A stretch of 52,200 bases of DNA, from assembly GCA_963552295.1 (NCBI GenBank), contig CAUVJW010000001.1:1-52200 (forward strand). The letters run 5' to 3'. The notes under the pieces were generated by a model. That model did no database searches, was not told the DNA's origin, and saw nothing but the letters and a program-made list of their open reading frames with translations. Made by a program: the position numbers and the translations under genes. Numbering within the stretch: the first letter of the stretch is position 1; each line of letters opens with the position of its first letter. Source of the DNA: an uncultured Streptococcus sp. (GTDB lineage Bacteria; Bacillota; Bacilli; Lactobacillales; Aerococcaceae). Of this stretch, positions 19,625-31,383 are shown piece after piece.

Positions 19625-19651
19625 TTAGCACTCAGCGTTTTTGAGTGCTAA
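19625..19651 (+). promoter_or_regulatory. CIRCE element (HrcA operator)
   Basis: Perfect TTAGCACTC-N9-GAGTGCTAA downstream of TTGATT(19585)-17-TATCAT(19608) promoter. Confidence 0.97.
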
Positions 19652-19673
19652 AAAAGATGAAGGAGGATATCAT

Positions 19674-21577
<1,904 letters not shown>

Positions 21578-21579
21578 TC

Positions 21580-21618
21580 AAAGAGGGGTGAAAGTTTTTC
21601 ACCCCTCTTTTTCTTTTT
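21580..21618 (+). terminator. groEL terminator
   Basis: AAAGAGGGGTGAAA..TTTCACCCCTCTTTTT. Confidence 0.85.
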
Positions 21619-21637
21619 GGAATAAAAACACCGAAAG

Positions 21638-21867
21638 GTGCTTACTAAAAAATGAACTTCGTTCAAAACTTCGAACACTGAAGGATTTGTTTATAATAGC
21701 TGTAATGGGACAACGGTTCGAGCCTGTCGTCTCTCACCTCAAAAGCCTCAAAGGAGCCGTACGGAATGACTTCCTACGGCTCCTAATTCGCATTTTGTGT
21801 TATTCCCCATTACTGCTACTATAAAATCCTTCGTGTTCTCCGTTTTGAACATTTTTTTGAGTGATAC
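21638..21867 (-). repeat. Structured intergenic element, copy D (reverse orientation)
   Basis: GTTCAAAAC/GTTTTGAAC arms; minus strand CAAAA-t-GCGAATTA-GGAGCCGTA..TACGGCTCC-TTTGAG-gc-TTTTG, GAGAC-gaca-GGCTC. Confidence 0.88.
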
Positions 21868-21934
21868 TTATAAAAAAGAGGATGAATAGAGAAAGAAAAT
21901 AAGACCAACAGAAATGTTGGTCTTATTGTTGTGC

Positions 21935-22639
21935 TTATGATAATAAAGTACGGCAGTGATCGTACTCTGGATATAAAGAGAATTCTGCGCTGAGGAAGTC
22001 TTCGATAAAGGCGAAGCGTTCTTTAACCATCGAACGAAGGACTTCGGACTCTGTATGCTCCAAGGCATAAGCCGTTACTTGCAGGAAGAGTTGTGGGTGC
22101 GTGTCTTGCAAGATTTCAAGGAGTCCCTCCAAGGTATCGGGATTTTCCTGTCCGATTTGTTGCAATAAGGTATGGATGGAAATCCAGTCTTTCATCTCAT
22201 ACGTTATGTCTTCGGTAGTTACTTCCAGCTGAGAGAGGAAATCGTCGAAAGAGTTTGCCACTTCAAGCCACTGATCCATTTCAACGTCAATCAGACGGAT
22301 GCTTGGTTCCCGTTCAATACCGTTTTGATAATCGAAGGCGTAGTAGACAGGTCCGTCTTGGAAAAAGACTACGAAGTACTCGGGCAACCCTGTCACTTCT
22401 GGAGACCATGCAGCATCCAGAATGCTTGGGAAATACGGGCCTTCTGAGTAGCCGCTCAGTCCATTACAGAGGGCGTAGTCGAGGCCAAAGCGCGTTGGTT
22501 CCACCGTTGTAATCTTAGTGTTCGTGAAGAATCCGGCACCATTTTCCAAAAGAAAATCCACGTAGCTTTGTGGTAGTGGAAAACGAGAGAAATTCTCCTT
22601 CGTCTGTGGAATTGGTGAGAATAACTGTTGCTGAATCAT
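21935..22639 (-). CDS. SMI1/KNR4 (SUKH) family protein
   Basis: LPQSYVDFLLENGAG...YYAFDY..EPSIRLID..VANSFDDFL; ATG 22639 after GAAAGGAG. Confidence 0.72.
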   Translation of the reverse strand: MIQQQLFSPIPQTKENFSRFPLPQSYVDFLLENGAGFFTNTKITTVEPTRFGLDYALCNGLSGYSEGPYFPSILDAAWSPEVTGLPEYFVVFFQDGPVYYAFDYQNGIEREPSIRLIDVEMDQWLEVANSFDDFLSQLEVTTEDITYEMKDWISIHTLLQQIGQENPDTLEGLLEILQDTHPQLFLQVTAYALEHTESEVLRSMVKERFAFIEDFLSAEFSLYPEYDHCRTLLS

Positions 22640-22784
22640 GGGGCTCCTTTCTACTGCAAAATCCGTCTTAGGATGGATGCAGAAAAATTTACGTTTTGCT
22701 ACTCTATCTTTACCTACTATTTTACACACATTTAGGAAAATATGGTACAATGAGGGTATTAAATCTAAAGGAGAGTGTCACAAA

Positions 22785-23345
22785 ATGACAGTAGTATGGA
22801 TTGTATTAGGAGTCTTGGCAGTAATTGTTCTATGGGCAATGTTTGCTTACAACGGACTTGTACAACAAAAAAACTGGGTTCAAGAAGCTTGGGCGCAAAT
22901 CGATGTTCAATTACAACGTCGTAATGACTTAGTTCCAAACCTTGTTGAAACAGTGAAAGGTTACGCAAAACACGAACAAGAAACATTAACTCAAGTAATT
23001 GCGATGAGAAACCAAATTGCAAACATGGGTAGCGATGTTTCACCACAAGAAAAAATGGAAGCATCTAACCAATTATCAGGTGCTTTAAAAACTATTTTCG
23101 CTTTAGCTGAAAGCTATCCTGATTTAAAAGCGAATGACAGCTTCTTAAACTTACAAGAAGAATTGACAAACACAGAGAACAAAATCTCTTACGCTCGTCA
23201 ATTATACAATTCAAGTGTTGCGAGATATAACATCTCTATTCAATCAATTCCAACAAATATTATTGCTGGTTTTGGTGGATTCACTAAAGAAGAAATGTTA
23301 GAAACTCCAGTTGAAGCTCGTAAAGTTCCTGAAGTGAAATTTTAA
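22785..23345 (+). CDS. lemA: LemA family protein
   Basis: YNGLV..AWAQIDVQLQRR.DL.PNLVETVKGY, ESYPDLKA, TENKISYARQLYN. Confidence 0.95.
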   Translation: MTVVWIVLGVLAVIVLWAMFAYNGLVQQKNWVQEAWAQIDVQLQRRNDLVPNLVETVKGYAKHEQETLTQVIAMRNQIANMGSDVSPQEKMEASNQLSGALKTIFALAESYPDLKANDSFLNLQEELTNTENKISYARQLYNSSVARYNISIQSIPTNIIAGFGGFTKEEMLETPVEARKVPEVKF

Positions 23346-23378
23346 TTGACAGTTCATTAGTAGGGAGGGAGTGCTAGG

Positions 23379-24272
23379 ATGTTATACCAACAAATTGCTT
23401 CCAACAAACGCAAAACGCTTGTCGTGATTGTGTTGTACATGGCGCTCTTCGTTGCAGTGGGAATCGGAATTGGATATTACGCCTTACGCAGTGTCGTCGC
23501 TGGGGTCATTATCGCCCTTGTTGCAGGTGGATTATATTCAATGATGATGATTGCAAATGCGACTAATGTAGTGATGCAATTAAACCATGCCAGAGAAATT
23601 ACAGATAAAAATCAAGCACCAATGATTTGGAATATCGTGAGCGATATGGCCATGATCGCAAAAGTACCAATGCCACGTATCTTTATTATTGAGGACGAAT
23701 CTCCAAACGCGTTTGCGACAGGAAGTTCTCCAGAAAAAGCAGCCGTGGCGGTCACAACAGGGCTTTTAGAACGTTTGAATCGTGAAGAACTAGAAGGGGT
23801 TATTGCCCACGAGTTTGGACACATTCGGAACTATGACGTTCGCCTTCAAACAATTGCGATTGCGCTTGGTGCCGTGATTGCCATGCTTGTCCAATTCGGA
23901 AGTCGCATGATGTTCTGGGGTGGCGGTAGTAGAGACCGAGATGATGATGATAACGGTGGTGGCGCAAATGCCATTTTCATGGTCATCGGTTTAATCGCGA
24001 TGATTCTTGGACCATTTATGTCGACGATTCTACAATTGGCCTTGTCACGAAACCGTGAGTACTTAGCAGATGCGTCAGCAGTGGAATTCACACGAAATCC
24101 ATATGGACTTATTTCTGCACTGACGAAGATTTCAGAAGCCCCGCCAATGACGGAAGCCGACAAGAAGAGTGCGGCGTTATATATCTCAAATCCGTTTGGG
24201 GAAGAAGGAGATTCACTCTTCTCAACACACCCATCAACGGCAAATCGTATTAAACGATTAGAAAAAATGTAG
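23379..24272 (+). CDS. htpX: Membrane zinc metalloprotease HtpX
   Basis: [26 protein letters not shown]. Confidence 0.95.
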   Translation: MLYQQIASNKRKTLVVIVLYMALFVAVGIGIGYYALRSVVAGVIIALVAGGLYSMMMIANATNVVMQLNHAREITDKNQAPMIWNIVSDMAMIAKVPMPRIFIIEDESPNAFATGSSPEKAAVAVTTGLLERLNREELEGVIAHEFGHIRNYDVRLQTIAIALGAVIAMLVQFGSRMMFWGGGSRDRDDDDNGGGANAIFMVIGLIAMILGPFMSTILQLALSRNREYLADASAVEFTRNPYGLISALTKISEAPPMTEADKKSAALYISNPFGEEGDSLFSTHPSTANRIKRLEKM

Positions 24273-24350
24273 AAATTAGACTGGGGGCTCCTCAGTCTTT
24301 TTGTTTTCAGAAAGTGAAACTTTTTAACGATAAGAAAAGAGGTTAGATGG

Positions 24351-24656
24351 ATGTCGTTTATTAGAAAAAATGTACTACTGGAAGAGGGAACGTTCTTTTA
24401 TTATCTACATGAGGAAAGCCTCTTTCACGAAGAATCTTATAAGGAATTATGTGCGTATATTGAAGGGTTGGAATCTATTTCATTAGAGGACTTTAAAGAT
24501 CTTGTTTTTCTTCATCACCAATTGATTCGTCATTTAGTGTATCATTTTGACCCTGTGGATATTGTTGAATTAAAGAGCATTCCAAAAGATTATTGGGAAG
24601 TGATTGAAAGAATAGACATTGCGGTGAAAAGAATCACTCAGAAAGTCAAATGCTAA
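24351..24656 (+). CDS. Small acidic protein, possibly Imm41-like immunity protein
   Basis: 101 aa, F-x-R-x-N..GTFFYYLHE..F..ESY..L pattern recalled from Imm41-type proteins; own RBS and terminator; not confirmed. Confidence 0.4.
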   Translation: MSFIRKNVLLEEGTFFYYLHEESLFHEESYKELCAYIEGLESISLEDFKDLVFLHHQLIRHLVYHFDPVDIVELKSIPKDYWEVIERIDIAVKRITQKVKC

Positions 24657-24867
24657 GAATAGGTACTCCAATAGAAGGGTAGAAAGAGAGTTGAAGTAAT
24701 CATTTCAACTCTTTTTTGCGTATAAAGGGTGGAGACTCTACTTTAGAATGTTGCTAAATTGTTACAAAAGAAAGCGGTTCACAAAGAAAAATGTAATCTA
24801 ATATATATGTTTTAGTAGAAAGAAATCCTTTATAATGGAACATGATAAACTCTATGGAGGTGAGACT

Positions 24868-25635
24868 GTGGCTAAACAATTGTATATCCATTACGATAGC
24901 GTATCGAACCATGTACTAACGAAGTCGATTGCGTTTCGTTTGTCTGCCTTACCACAGTCTGAGATTCCGCAAAACCTACTTCTTTTAAACGGGAAGTCCA
25001 GCCTTGCCACACACGATCCATATACGGGCTTCATGTGGGTGAAGGGACGTAAAAATGTGTTAGCGTATCTCCAAGGGGTAGAAGAAGGCAAAGAGGCGCC
25101 ATCGAACTGGGTGGACTTTGATTCGATTGATTTCGTACATCAATTAACACCGCAAGAAATTGCAGACTTGCTGTATATTTCGCACGCGAAGACGCACTTG
25201 CATTCGCCGTTCTTCTATAAATTACAAAACAACTTTATTTACTTGTCACTTGAAAATGGCTACTCGAAAGTGTACTACCGTAAAATTGAGCAGTTCTTGC
25301 CAATCTTATCAACGCAAGTCCAAATCGAGATGACAGATATCTTAAACGAGACACCGAAGTTCTTATTCTTTGGTTCTGACAAAGTGGCTTCAGCGATTTC
25401 TATCGAAGCGCTCAAAGAAATGATGCCATTGTATCGTGAAGGAATCAGTCTTGCTTTTGATAAAGTCACAAAGAAAGAAGACAGCTACGAAGTACCAATC
25501 TTCTTAACAGAAGACCGTTATCATTATTCCGATAAAGAAGTGACACAAAACGTCCGCATCGGACAACTCGCGTATAGCGAAACGTATCAAAACTGGAAGG
25601 TTTCAGCGAAACTTCCAACAAATGACGCCATCTAA
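24868..25635 (+). CDS. Conserved hypothetical protein
   Basis: Long ORF with GGAGG RBS before GTG 24868; AHLHSPFFYKLQNNF-type motif typical of a Bacilli family; downstream terminator. Confidence 0.65.
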   Translation: MAKQLYIHYDSVSNHVLTKSIAFRLSALPQSEIPQNLLLLNGKSSLATHDPYTGFMWVKGRKNVLAYLQGVEEGKEAPSNWVDFDSIDFVHQLTPQEIADLLYISHAKTHLHSPFFYKLQNNFIYLSLENGYSKVYYRKIEQFLPILSTQVQIEMTDILNETPKFLFFGSDKVASAISIEALKEMMPLYREGISLAFDKVTKKEDSYEVPIFLTEDRYHYSDKEVTQNVRIGQLAYSETYQNWKVSAKLPTNDAI

Positions 25636-25802
25636 AGCACTTTTCACAGCGGTTGTGAAAGGTGTTTTTTTAATCCCTTGGCCGTAACTTGTAACCGTTG
25701 GGCCGTTTTGTTATACTGAAAAGTGCAAGGTTATTTTCAAAATAACGTTCGAAGAGCCTAAATGAGGCGGTTCGCAGTACGCGAATAGTTTGGAGGATTC
25801 AT

Positions 25803-26876
25803 ATGAAAATTGTAGTGATTTACGGCGGAAAGAGTGCAGAGCACGATATTTCAATTTTAACAGCCGGTTCAATTATTAAAGAAATTTATTTCGAGTATTA
25901 CGATGTGCAACCAGTGTACATTACAAAAGAAGGAACATGGTTAAAAGGAGAAGCGTTAAAAGCACCTGTAGCTTTTGATCAAGCACTTCGTTTAACAGAA
26001 GGCCCTGTAGCGCATTTTGCAACAACAGAAGGCGAAACATCAACAGGCGTTCGCATCCAACCATGCGATATCGCAGGACCAGATACAGTAGTTTTCCCAA
26101 TCTTACACGGACCAAACGGGGAAGATGGAACGATTCAAGGATTATTCGAAATCTTAGACTTACCATATGTGGGGTGTGGCGTATTAGCCAGCGCAAACGG
26201 AATGGACAAAATTGCCAGCAAGCATTTATTCCAGCAAGCAGGCATTCCACAAGTGCCCTTCGTACCTTTTGTGAAAGCTGATTTCGAAAAATCACCAGAA
26301 GCCATCTTCACACGTGTCGAAGGAACATTACGCTATCCAGTGTTCGTGAAACCAGCGAATATGGGTTCTAGTGTTGGAATTTCTAAAGCGACAAACCGCG
26401 AAGAATTAACAGCAGCCATCGAAGAAGCGTTGAAATATGACCGTCGTATCGTCGTGGAACAAGGAATCGACGCGCGCGAAGTCGAAGTAGCGGTTCTTGG
26501 AAACGATGAAGTGAACACATCTGTGGTTGGGGAAGTCGTGAAACAAGCAGGCTTCTACGATTACAACGAGAAATACATTAACAACACAACAACACTTCAA
26601 ATTCCAGCAGCGATTCCAGAAGAAGTCTCTGCTAAAATTCGTGAGTATGCTGTAACAGCATTCCGTGCTATTGACGGTAGTGGCTTAACACGTTGTGATT
26701 TCTTCTTAACAGAAACAAACGAAGTGTTTATTAACGAAGTGAATACAATGCCAGGGTTCACACAATTTAGTATGTATCCAAAACTTTGGGAAGCAATGGG
26801 CATTTCCTATAAAGATTTAGTCGAAGAACTCATTCAATTAGCGTTGAAACGCTATAACGATCGTCACGCGAGATAA
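25803..26876 (+). CDS. ddl: D-alanine--D-alanine ligase
   Basis: GGKSAEH, HGPNGEDG, KPANMGSSVG, FYDYNEKY (Tyr type), NEVNTMPG. Confidence 0.96.
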   Translation: MKIVVIYGGKSAEHDISILTAGSIIKEIYFEYYDVQPVYITKEGTWLKGEALKAPVAFDQALRLTEGPVAHFATTEGETSTGVRIQPCDIAGPDTVVFPILHGPNGEDGTIQGLFEILDLPYVGCGVLASANGMDKIASKHLFQQAGIPQVPFVPFVKADFEKSPEAIFTRVEGTLRYPVFVKPANMGSSVGISKATNREELTAAIEEALKYDRRIVVEQGIDAREVEVAVLGNDEVNTSVVGEVVKQAGFYDYNEKYINNTTTLQIPAAIPEEVSAKIREYAVTAFRAIDGSGLTRCDFFLTETNEVFINEVNTMPGFTQFSMYPKLWEAMGISYKDLVEELIQLALKRYNDRHAR

Positions 26877-26887
26877 GGGGTAGAAAG

Positions 26888-28273
26888 ATGAGTATTGGAA
26901 CAGTTGCTGAAATTACAAAAGCCGTCGAAGCGATTGATTATCAGTCAGCACATCGATTTGAAGTTATCGAATCTGTGGCCTTCGATACACGAAAATTAGG
27001 ACCAAACAGCCTTTTCGTGCCACTTCAAGGGCAAACAGACGGACATGATTATATTGAACAAGCGATTCAAGCCGGCGCAACAGCCGTGTTATGGGGCAAA
27101 CAAGATGTAACGCCACCAGATGGAATCTGTGCCATTTGGGTGGATGACCCACTTCAAGCTTTTCAAAAATTAGCGAAATGGTACTTAGAAAAAGTATCGC
27201 CACGCATCGTTGGAATCACAGGTAGTTCTGGGAAAACAACGACAAAAGATATGACAGCAGCCGCTCTAGGCGCACGCTACCGTGTCTACAAAACACAAGG
27301 AAACTTCAATAACGATATCGGCCTACCACAAACGATTTTAGATATGCCCGAATCTACTGAAGCGCTTGTCTTAGAGATGGGAATGAGCGAATTCCACGAA
27401 ATCGAATTCTTATCAAAATTAGCACGCCCAGAAGTTGTTGCGATTACGCTCATCGGTGAGTCGCATATGGAACAATTGGGAAGCAAGGAAGGCATAGCCA
27501 AAGCCAAACTGGAAATCCTTTCTGGACTACAAGAAAATGGAACCTTTATTTATCCAGCGCATGAAGAGTTAATTACAGCAGGGATTGCGCAAGCTGAAAA
27601 ACCAGCAACCTTCAAAATCGTTACAGTCGGTGAAGGAAGCAAAGAACTATCAGCTAAGAACATCGAACTTTATTCAGACCACACCGCGTTTGAATTAGTG
27701 ACGCCATCAGAAACCGTGGCGGTAACATTACCAGTCCTTGGCGCGTACAATGTTTCAAATGCACTACTTGCGATTGAAATTGCACGCACATTAGATGTTC
27801 CACTTTCAGATACCGTGTCCGCCTTAGCAAACTTCGAATTGACGAAGAACCGTACGCAATGGGTGAAAGGCCAAAACGGAGTAGCCATCCTAAATGATGC
27901 TTACAACGCCAGCCCAATCGCGATGAAATCGGTCATTAAATCATTTGTTTCAGTCGAAGCAGCAGGCCGTCGCGTCCTCGTTCTTGGGGATATCCGCGAA
28001 CTCGGAGAACATTCGAAAGAATTGCACGCCAGCATCTCAGAAGTCATTTCTCCAAGCGAAGTCGCACTTGTGTACTTGTACGGCGAAGAAATGGAAGCAC
28101 TCTATGATGCGTTGAAAGACCAGTTCGATTCAACTGCCCTTCACCATTACATGGACAAAGAAGCGTTGATTGCAGACTTGAAAGCTGAACTCAAAGAAGG
28201 CGACCAAGTTCTTATAAAATCAAGCAACGGCACAGGCTTACTAGCAGTTGTCGATGCCCTAAAAGCAGAATAA
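26888..28273 (+). CDS. murF: UDP-MurNAc-tripeptide--D-Ala-D-Ala ligase
   Basis: GITGSSGKTTTK, NFNNDIG, NDAYNASP, LGDIRELG. Confidence 0.95.
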   Translation: MSIGTVAEITKAVEAIDYQSAHRFEVIESVAFDTRKLGPNSLFVPLQGQTDGHDYIEQAIQAGATAVLWGKQDVTPPDGICAIWVDDPLQAFQKLAKWYLEKVSPRIVGITGSSGKTTTKDMTAAALGARYRVYKTQGNFNNDIGLPQTILDMPESTEALVLEMGMSEFHEIEFLSKLARPEVVAITLIGESHMEQLGSKEGIAKAKLEILSGLQENGTFIYPAHEELITAGIAQAEKPATFKIVTVGEGSKELSAKNIELYSDHTAFELVTPSETVAVTLPVLGAYNVSNALLAIEIARTLDVPLSDTVSALANFELTKNRTQWVKGQNGVAILNDAYNASPIAMKSVIKSFVSVEAAGRRVLVLGDIRELGEHSKELHASISEVISPSEVALVYLYGEEMEALYDALKDQFDSTALHHYMDKEALIADLKAELKEGDQVLIKSSNGTGLLAVVDALKAE

Positions 28274-28285
28274 CAAATATAAAGT

Positions 28286-28320
28286 AAAGCGAGAGACGCA
28301 CCAACGTCCCTCGCTTTTTT
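28286..28320 (+). terminator. murF terminator
   Basis: AAAGCGAGAGACG..CGTCCCTCGCTTTTT. Confidence 0.75.
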
Positions 28321-28392
28321 CGTCCCCTCATGGAGAACTACCCATTATAAAGTGTCCCCATTTCTCAACCGCACCACGAGAAGCAAACACTC

Positions 28393-28668
28393 CCGCCTCC
28401 TCCCGCTTTTTACAGTTTGGAATGCGCTGTGATTACGGGCGGAAAATCTAGCGGATTCAATAGTATCAGTAATGGGGGATAGCATTCAAAGTGAATTACG
28501 TACTCTTGAAAATTTTTTCTAGAGTACGTTTGAATCTTGAAAGAGCTTGAGACCGTGGCTCAAGCCGGTGCCCCATTACAGCTATTATTGATAAATCCGC
28601 AAGGATTTGAAGCCCGTAAAGTCTTATTCCTTAAGCATTTTTAAAGAATAAAAAGCAGGAGTCGGCGG
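28393..28668 (+). repeat. Structured intergenic element, copy E (palindrome extends ~28336-28751)
   Basis: TTACGGGC/GCCCGTAA, GCGGATT/AATCCGC arms; GTGAATTA 28491; GAGAC-cgt-GGCTC; close to copy A. Confidence 0.9.
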
Positions 28669-28678
28669 TCTGTATTCT

Positions 28679-28707
28679 TTGCATTCTCGCGGGATGCGTG
28701 CTATACT
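28679..28707 (+). promoter_or_regulatory. Sigma-A promoter of cshA
   Basis: TTGCAT-17 bp-TATACT with extended TG. Confidence 0.7.
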
Positions 28708-28861
28708 ATTCGCTGAGTTGAGAAATGTACACACATTTATAATAGATAGTTTGAAATTTAAACGATTGTAGAAGTCTGGTGCTCTTACGAAAAGCTCCAG
28801 GCTTTTGTTATGAAGGGAAATCCCTCGTGTGCTTCTCACCGAAGTATCCAAGGAGGAAAAT

Positions 28862-30391
28862 ATGAAATTTAATGAATTAGGATTGGATTCTGCCTTACTA
28901 GAATCTATCGAAAAAATGGGGTTTGAGGAAGCAACTCCAATTCAAGCACAAACCATTCCAAAGGCCTTAGCAGGTTTAGATGTGATTGGACAAGCGCAAA
29001 CAGGGACTGGTAAAACAGCCGCATTTGGTTTGCCAATGCTTCAAAAAATCGACCCAAGTAAAAAAGGCGTACAAGGACTTGTTATCGCACCAACTCGTGA
29101 ACTTGCGATTCAAACACAAGAAGAATTGTTCCGTCTCGGACGCGACAAAAAAATTCGTGTACAAGCGGTTTACGGTGGCGCGGACATTAACCGTCAAATT
29201 CGCCAATTAAAAGAAAATCCACAAATCGTTGTGGGAACTCCAGGTCGTCTTTTAGACCACATTTCACGCCGTACATTAAAGCTTGCGACAGTGGAAACAC
29301 TTGTCTTAGACGAAGCGGATGAAATGTTAAACATGGGATTCTTGGAAGATATCGAATCGATTATCAAACAAGTTCCAGAAAACCGCCAAACACTTTTATT
29401 CTCTGCGACAATGCCAGATGATATTAAACGTATCGGTGTTCAATTTATGAAAGATCCAGAGCATGTTCGTATCAAATCAAATGAGATGACTGCGACATTA
29501 ATCGATCAATATTTCGTAAAATGTAAAGACTACGAGAAATTCGACATTATGACACGTTTATTAGATGTTCAAACGCCTGAATTAACGATCGTATTCGGAC
29601 GTACAAAACGCCGTGTAGACGAATTAGCACGCGGACTTGAAATGCGTGGCTATCGTGCAGAAGGAATCCACGGAGACTTAAGCCAACAAAAACGTATGAG
29701 CGTTCTTCGTGACTTCAAGAACAACCATTTAGACATCTTAGTCGCTACAGACGTGGCAGCACGTGGACTAGATATCTCAGGCGTAACGCACGTGTACAAC
29801 TACGATATCCCACAAGACCCAGAAAGCTATGTACACCGTATTGGACGTACAGGCCGTGCTGGTCAAGAAGGAATGTCTGTAACATTCGTGACACCAAACG
29901 AAATGGATTACTTACGTGTGATTGAAGAATTAACACGCAAACGTATGACAAGCCTTCGTCCACCAACGCAAACAGAAGCCTTGGAAGGACAAACAAAAAC
30001 AGCCATCGAGTCTATCGACGAAATGATGAAAACTGTGGAACCAAGACGTTTCAAAGAAGCGGTATCTTACTTATTAGACGAGTACGAACCAGAAGAATTG
30101 GCAGCTCTATTACTCAAGAGCATGATTAAAGACCCAACTGAAATTCCAGTTAAAATCACGCCAGAACGTCCATTGCCTAGCCGCAAACGTGGCAACAGCC
30201 GTGGAAACTACAACCGTAGCGACCGTAAAGATAACCGAGGACGTAACGGAAAAGGAAGCTTCAAGCGCAAAGAAGACCGTCGTGGCCGTGGCTTAGAAGA
30301 CGAATATACACGCGGATATAAAGGGAAAGATTCTCGCCGCCGTAACAACAAAAAGAAATCTGACAAAGGATTTACCATCCGTCAGAAATAA
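28862..30391 (+). CDS. cshA: DEAD-box RNA helicase CshA
   Basis: Q motif, [32 protein letters not shown], basic C-tail; AAGGAGG RBS. Confidence 0.95.
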   Translation: MKFNELGLDSALLESIEKMGFEEATPIQAQTIPKALAGLDVIGQAQTGTGKTAAFGLPMLQKIDPSKKGVQGLVIAPTRELAIQTQEELFRLGRDKKIRVQAVYGGADINRQIRQLKENPQIVVGTPGRLLDHISRRTLKLATVETLVLDEADEMLNMGFLEDIESIIKQVPENRQTLLFSATMPDDIKRIGVQFMKDPEHVRIKSNEMTATLIDQYFVKCKDYEKFDIMTRLLDVQTPELTIVFGRTKRRVDELARGLEMRGYRAEGIHGDLSQQKRMSVLRDFKNNHLDILVATDVAARGLDISGVTHVYNYDIPQDPESYVHRIGRTGRAGQEGMSVTFVTPNEMDYLRVIEELTRKRMTSLRPPTQTEALEGQTKTAIESIDEMMKTVEPRRFKEAVSYLLDEYEPEELAALLLKSMIKDPTEIPVKITPERPLPSRKRGNSRGNYNRSDRKDNRGRNGKGSFKRKEDRRGRGLEDEYTRGYKGKDSRRRNNKKKSDKGFTIRQK

Positions 30392-30499
30392 TGACTGAAG
30401 CAGACTAGCGAAATGCTAGTCTGCTTTTTTGAAATCTCATATTGACAGCATCTGCTATAAAACGGTAATATAAGGAAAAAACATGTGAGGTAGAAGTAA

Positions 30500-31207
30500 A
30501 TGGGTGCTCGATTGAAAAAACCGCTTTGGGTTCTATTCTTTTTTGTAGCGTATACTGTCATATACGTGGGAATTGCATTTGTGTTCCACAAGAATTTGTG
30601 GAATCTAGGTCGGCAATCGAATATGTGGAAGTTAATAGTTACGATTGTTTGCATGGGTATTTTGTTCATTTTTATGAACCATGTATATACAAAATTGTTT
30701 AAGCCAACAGTAAAAAGAAAAATTCAACTGATTGATTTAATTTTTATTTTTTTAACGTATATTGCTGTTAGATTTTCAGTTTATTTGATTTATAGTTTGT
30801 GGAGTTCAATGGCGTATCGGACAAATGGATTAAAACTAGTTGATTTTTTCTTTGCGGTAGGACTACCACTAACGATAGACAAATTTATTTTTGCTTTTGA
30901 GGCACTAGATCTCGTTTGTATTGCACCTTTGTTCGAAGAATTTCTTTTTAGAGGTTTTCTGAATAATTTGCTCCGAGGAAAAGTGAATGCTTTTGTTAGA
31001 ATGTCTATCGTTTCAATTCTATTTGCAGTTCTTCATATGCCATATATCCAAAATTGGATACAGTTTATAGCTTATCTTATTTTCTCTATTGTTCTTTTTC
31101 TTATGTATGAACGAAGAAGAAGTTTGTTTGACGCAATCCTATTACATAGCCTTTATAATGGACTTCTTGTAATCTTGTTCATCGAAATACCGAAACGCTT
31201 CTTTTAG
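30500..31207 (+). CDS. CPBP/Abi (CAAX) intramembrane metalloprotease
   Basis: APLFEEFLFRG, FAVLH, HSLYN; visibly AT-rich. Confidence 0.85.
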   Translation: MGARLKKPLWVLFFFVAYTVIYVGIAFVFHKNLWNLGRQSNMWKLIVTIVCMGILFIFMNHVYTKLFKPTVKRKIQLIDLIFIFLTYIAVRFSVYLIYSLWSSMAYRTNGLKLVDFFFAVGLPLTIDKFIFAFEALDLVCIAPLFEEFLFRGFLNNLLRGKVNAFVRMSIVSILFAVLHMPYIQNWIQFIAYLIFSIVLFLMYERRRSLFDAILLHSLYNGLLVILFIEIPKRFF

Positions 31208-31383
31208 AAAATTAGTCAGTGACTTCTGTAAGGGAGTCACTTTTTTTGTGGAAATTTTTTTGATTTTAGGTTCATTTTAGTTTTAAGGAGTATTCTCTTA
31301 TTAAGGAAGACGCCAAAAGAAAGAAGCGATTTTCTTTCAATAGAACAGTGTTTTGATACAATAAGGAAAAGAGGGATACAATC

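Noticed and set aside
25803..26876. Possible D-Ala-D-Lac (vancomycin resistance) ligase
   Set aside because: Omega loop has Tyr (FYDYNEKY) and the gene is in the housekeeping ddl-murF operon
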